Source: Promethearchaeota archaeon (GTDB lineage: Archaea > Asgardarchaeota > Lokiarchaeia > Sigyniarchaeales > SOKP01). From it: a DNA stretch of 64,000 nt. The DNA lies in contig JAEOTA010000056.1 of NCBI GenBank assembly GCA_016840085.1, forward strand, positions 5,328-69,327, written 5' to 3'. Positions within the stretch are counted from its first letter, which is position 1. Every line of letters begins with the position of its first letter. The notes under the pieces were generated by a model, which saw only the letters and a list, made by a program, of their open reading frames with translations, had not been told where the DNA came from and did no database searches. This document shows, in pieces, positions 61,341 to 64,000 of this stretch. Made by a program: the position numbers and the translations under genes.

Positions 61341-61538
61341 ATGATTCCAAGATCAACTTTAGAAAAACTAAAAGGAGAAAAAATTAGATTTTTCATAAAA
61401 GATTTACCAGATCCTCACTGTATTCAATGTGGAAGAATTGAAGAAGTAACAGAACATCTTGTATTAATTAAAGATGAGGCCCATGATCAACTAATTTACA
61501 TACCTATTGAGAAGATAATGTTAATTAAAACAACATAA
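61341..61538 (+). CDS. Small Sm/LSm-like beta-barrel protein
   Basis: LEKLKGEKIRF..GRIEEV..LVLI..IYIPIEKIMLI pattern. Confidence 0.6.
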   Translation: MIPRSTLEKLKGEKIRFFIKDLPDPHCIQCGRIEEVTEHLVLIKDEAHDQLIYIPIEKIMLIKTT

Positions 61539-61605
61539 AATTACAGGTTATCCTCTAATTTGAAAATTCGGTTATTAATTACATATAATCAATTTAGTAA
61601 ATCTT

Positions 61606-62001
61606 ATGAATGACATATTAGAAGTTAAATTCATATCAGCAAAAAAAGGGAAAGGAGTATTTGCTAATAAGGATATCAGAAAGGATACGATCATTGATGT
61701 TGCACACGTTATTCCTTTACCAAACAAGGATTATAAAAGAATATTTAAAACTATTTTATATAATTATTGTTATATATGGGAAGATCCTAAGCACAATCCA
61801 GAATATAAAAATGCTATTTCCTTAAGTGTTAGTCAATTTATAAATCATTCTTATAATCCAAATGTTAGATATATTTATGATTACGATAATAATTGTATTG
61901 AATTTGAAACATTACGAGATATTTCTAAAGGGGAAGAAATGTTAGTCAACTATAATGGTTTAGTTGATGATAAAAGTCCAGTTTGGTTTGAAATCGAATA
62001 G
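61606..62001 (+). CDS. SET domain protein-lysine methyltransferase
   Basis: KGKGVFA, FINHSYNPN, RDISKGEEMLVNY. Confidence 0.93.
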   Translation: MNDILEVKFISAKKGKGVFANKDIRKDTIIDVAHVIPLPNKDYKRIFKTILYNYCYIWEDPKHNPEYKNAISLSVSQFINHSYNPNVRYIYDYDNNCIEFETLRDISKGEEMLVNYNGLVDDKSPVWFEIE

Positions 62002-62002
62002 T

Positions 62003-62872
62003 TCATTTTTTCCTTAAAGATTTAAGAGTGGTTAAATTCATAATGTCTTCCTTCATATCCTTGCCCTTGGGTGTTTCCAAAATGCCTGGCATATCTTTAA
62101 ATCTTTCATCATTAATAAAAAACCCAAAGGGTTCTTTTCCAATTTTGCCTTGACCGATGTGTGTATGTCTATCAACTCTTGATCCACACTCTTTATCAGT
62201 ATCATTTAAATGAAATGCATATAAATATTTTAAACCAATTTCACCATCAAATTCATCCCACATTTCATTATATTTTTTTCTAGTAGTAAAATCATATCCT
62301 GCCGCAAAAGAATGGGCTGTATCAAAACAAATTCCGATCCGATTTTTTTTTTGTATTTTGTCTATTATAGTTTTAAAATGGTGAAATTTATTACCTAAAC
62401 CTTTACCTTGTCCTGCAGTAGTTTCAAGTAATATTATAACTTTTGATTGTTTCGTTACTTCCATCAGCTTATTTAGTTGTTCAGCGATTTGAATAAGAGC
62501 TTCTTCCTTATTTATTTCTTTTTTATTGCTTATTGGAATGACTCCAGGGTGCATATTTTCGTATTCTATACCTAATTGGTCTACTTTTATCAACTCATCA
62601 AGCATTGCATTATATGATTTTTCTAATTTCTCTTTATCTATACTTGCGAGGTTTATTAAATAACTATTATGAGATATTACTGGCCAAATTTCATCTTTTA
62701 ACTCTTTCTTTTTGTCTTGAAAATCATCGATTTCTTCTTGTTTTAAAGGTCCAGAGGACCAACCTCGTACATTTCGAACAAATACTTGAATTGCTTCGCA
62801 TCCTAATTCTTTCCCTCTCTCAAAAGCCAAATATTTACTTCCAGATACGCTCATGTGGGCTCCAATTCTCAT
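62003..62872 (-). CDS. nfo: Endonuclease IV
   Basis: GAHMS, HNSYLINL, HPG, ETTAGQG, DTAH, HLND, DRH, ETP. Confidence 0.96.
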   Translation of the reverse strand: MRIGAHMSVSGSKYLAFERGKELGCEAIQVFVRNVRGWSSGPLKQEEIDDFQDKKKELKDEIWPVISHNSYLINLASIDKEKLEKSYNAMLDELIKVDQLGIEYENMHPGVIPISNKKEINKEEALIQIAEQLNKLMEVTKQSKVIILLETTAGQGKGLGNKFHHFKTIIDKIQKKNRIGICFDTAHSFAAGYDFTTRKKYNEMWDEFDGEIGLKYLYAFHLNDTDKECGSRVDRHTHIGQGKIGKEPFGFFINDERFKDMPGILETPKGKDMKEDIMNLTTLKSLRKK

Positions 62873-62972
62873 TTCAAATCACTTTTAAATAATTGTTTTT
62901 TAAAATCATATTCTAAAACAAAATCTTTTTCAAATTTTCATAATATAAATAATATAATTTTTTTAAATTTCA

Positions 62973-63545
62973 ATGGTTAAAAAATATATGGGAATTCTTG
63001 CTAAACGAGAAATGTTTTTTCGTTTCATTGGAGCAAGTATATTTCTATTAGGATTAATAATTTCAATAACTCTTGATATATATCTAAGAAAAGCATTATT
63101 ATCCTCTATTGCACTTATCTTAATAATCTTGTTCTTATTTTCGTTTATATTATGCTTGAAATTTGAGTTAAGGTTTATTCGGGAGAATTATACAATAAGT
63201 TCAATAAGTATAGTTATATGTTTAATTATACTCATGACAATTGGATTTATCGATAGTTTTTTAAAATCACGGGACTTAGTATTTTTATTCATTTCAAGCT
63301 CTAATATCCTAATTATTATAAGTTGGCATTACTCTTTGGCTTTATATAAAAAGAAGAAATTGATTTCTATAGTGGGATATATCCTATATAGCACTATAAC
63401 CACTTTTTTAAGAGTGAGAAAATATTATTCCCAATCTGGGTTAATTTTAAGCTTTTTACCACTTATTTTGATAACTTGTGGAGTGTTAATTATTTTAATT
63501 ACAGAAATAAGAATGAAAAGAAAGGGTTTATTGAATTATTTATAA
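62973..63545 (+). CDS. Membrane protein
   Basis: About 6 TM segments. Confidence 0.75.
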   Translation: MVKKYMGILAKREMFFRFIGASIFLLGLIISITLDIYLRKALLSSIALILIILFLFSFILCLKFELRFIRENYTISSISIVICLIILMTIGFIDSFLKSRDLVFLFISSSNILIIISWHYSLALYKKKKLISIVGYILYSTITTFLRVRKYYSQSGLILSFLPLILITCGVLIILITEIRMKRKGLLNYL

Positions 63546-63631
63546 CTAAATTTATCCCACACTTTACGCGGCTTTTTCCAATTGTAATTCACTGTAAGTT
63601 GGTTTAGAATTTTTTAATTATTAATTAAATA

Positions 63632-64000
63632 TTAATCCATTTTTTTCCAAAAATTTTGCAAATCTTCTTTGGTAAATGTAAATTTCAAGCCAGTGGGTTC
63701 TGAAGGCTCTGTTCTAAAAAATTCAGGTAAATTATTCATAGTTTGACTAATTCCTGCTTTTTCGTTAAATTCTAATTCATTTTTTATGATATTTTTTCCA
63801 ATACTAATTACATCTTTTCTACTCAATTCGATTCCATACATGGCATTTAAAGCACTTGCTACTAATTCCATGTTTTCCCAACTTGGTCCTATAAAATAAC
63901 AACATCCCATAGAGTCTAAAACTGCTGTATAAATTTGCAACTCATAAGATAGTTCAAGTTTTCCTTTATTTTCAGTGAGTTCACCATAATCTTTTGTTTG
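63632..64000 (-). CDS. Aldehyde:ferredoxin oxidoreductase family, C-terminal part (truncated by window edge)
   Basis: AVLDSMGCCYF, ELEFNEKAG, LPEFFRTEP. Confidence 0.85.
   Translation of the reverse strand, partial: QTKDYGELTENKGKLELSYELQIYTAVLDSMGCCYFIGPSWENMELVASALNAMYGIELSRKDVISIGKNIIKNELEFNEKAGISQTMNNLPEFFRTEPSEPTGLKFTFTKEDLQNFWKKMD

Noticed and set aside
1-64000. tRNA/rRNA genes, transposases, prophage genes
   Set aside because: No GC-rich structured intergenic tract or matching protein motif found by eye; tRNAscan-SE/Infernal would be decisive

Overview
Very AT-rich, gene-dense chromosomal window with about 60 CDS. The gene content points to an Asgard archaeon, most like Lokiarchaeia: an actin-related protein, a longin-small-GTPase fusion, a RING-finger protein, IPGY-anchored surface proteins and a PAS-rich kinase, alongside purD, topA, gpmA, trmJ, nfo and hxlB. 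I saw no rRNA, tRNA, CRISPR array, transposase or integrase. The main unexplained structure lies at 10.0-18.8 kb: six minus-strand copies of an unnamed ~70-100 aa protein sharing the motif IIPF..F..(D)IY.G.EKIPF.ER.P.YK.IL..EF. Three copies are intact, one is missing from the ORF track, one is frameshifted and one is a 3' remnant. Two copies sit behind a ribbon-helix-helix/HTH gene (one intact operon, one pseudogenised duplicate), which is divergent from a single-repeat TFIIB/cyclin-fold gene. A second notable locus places a divergent actin near a coiled-coil/polyproline/WH2-like protein resembling VASP/WASP. All product calls come from motif recognition by eye; no searches were run.
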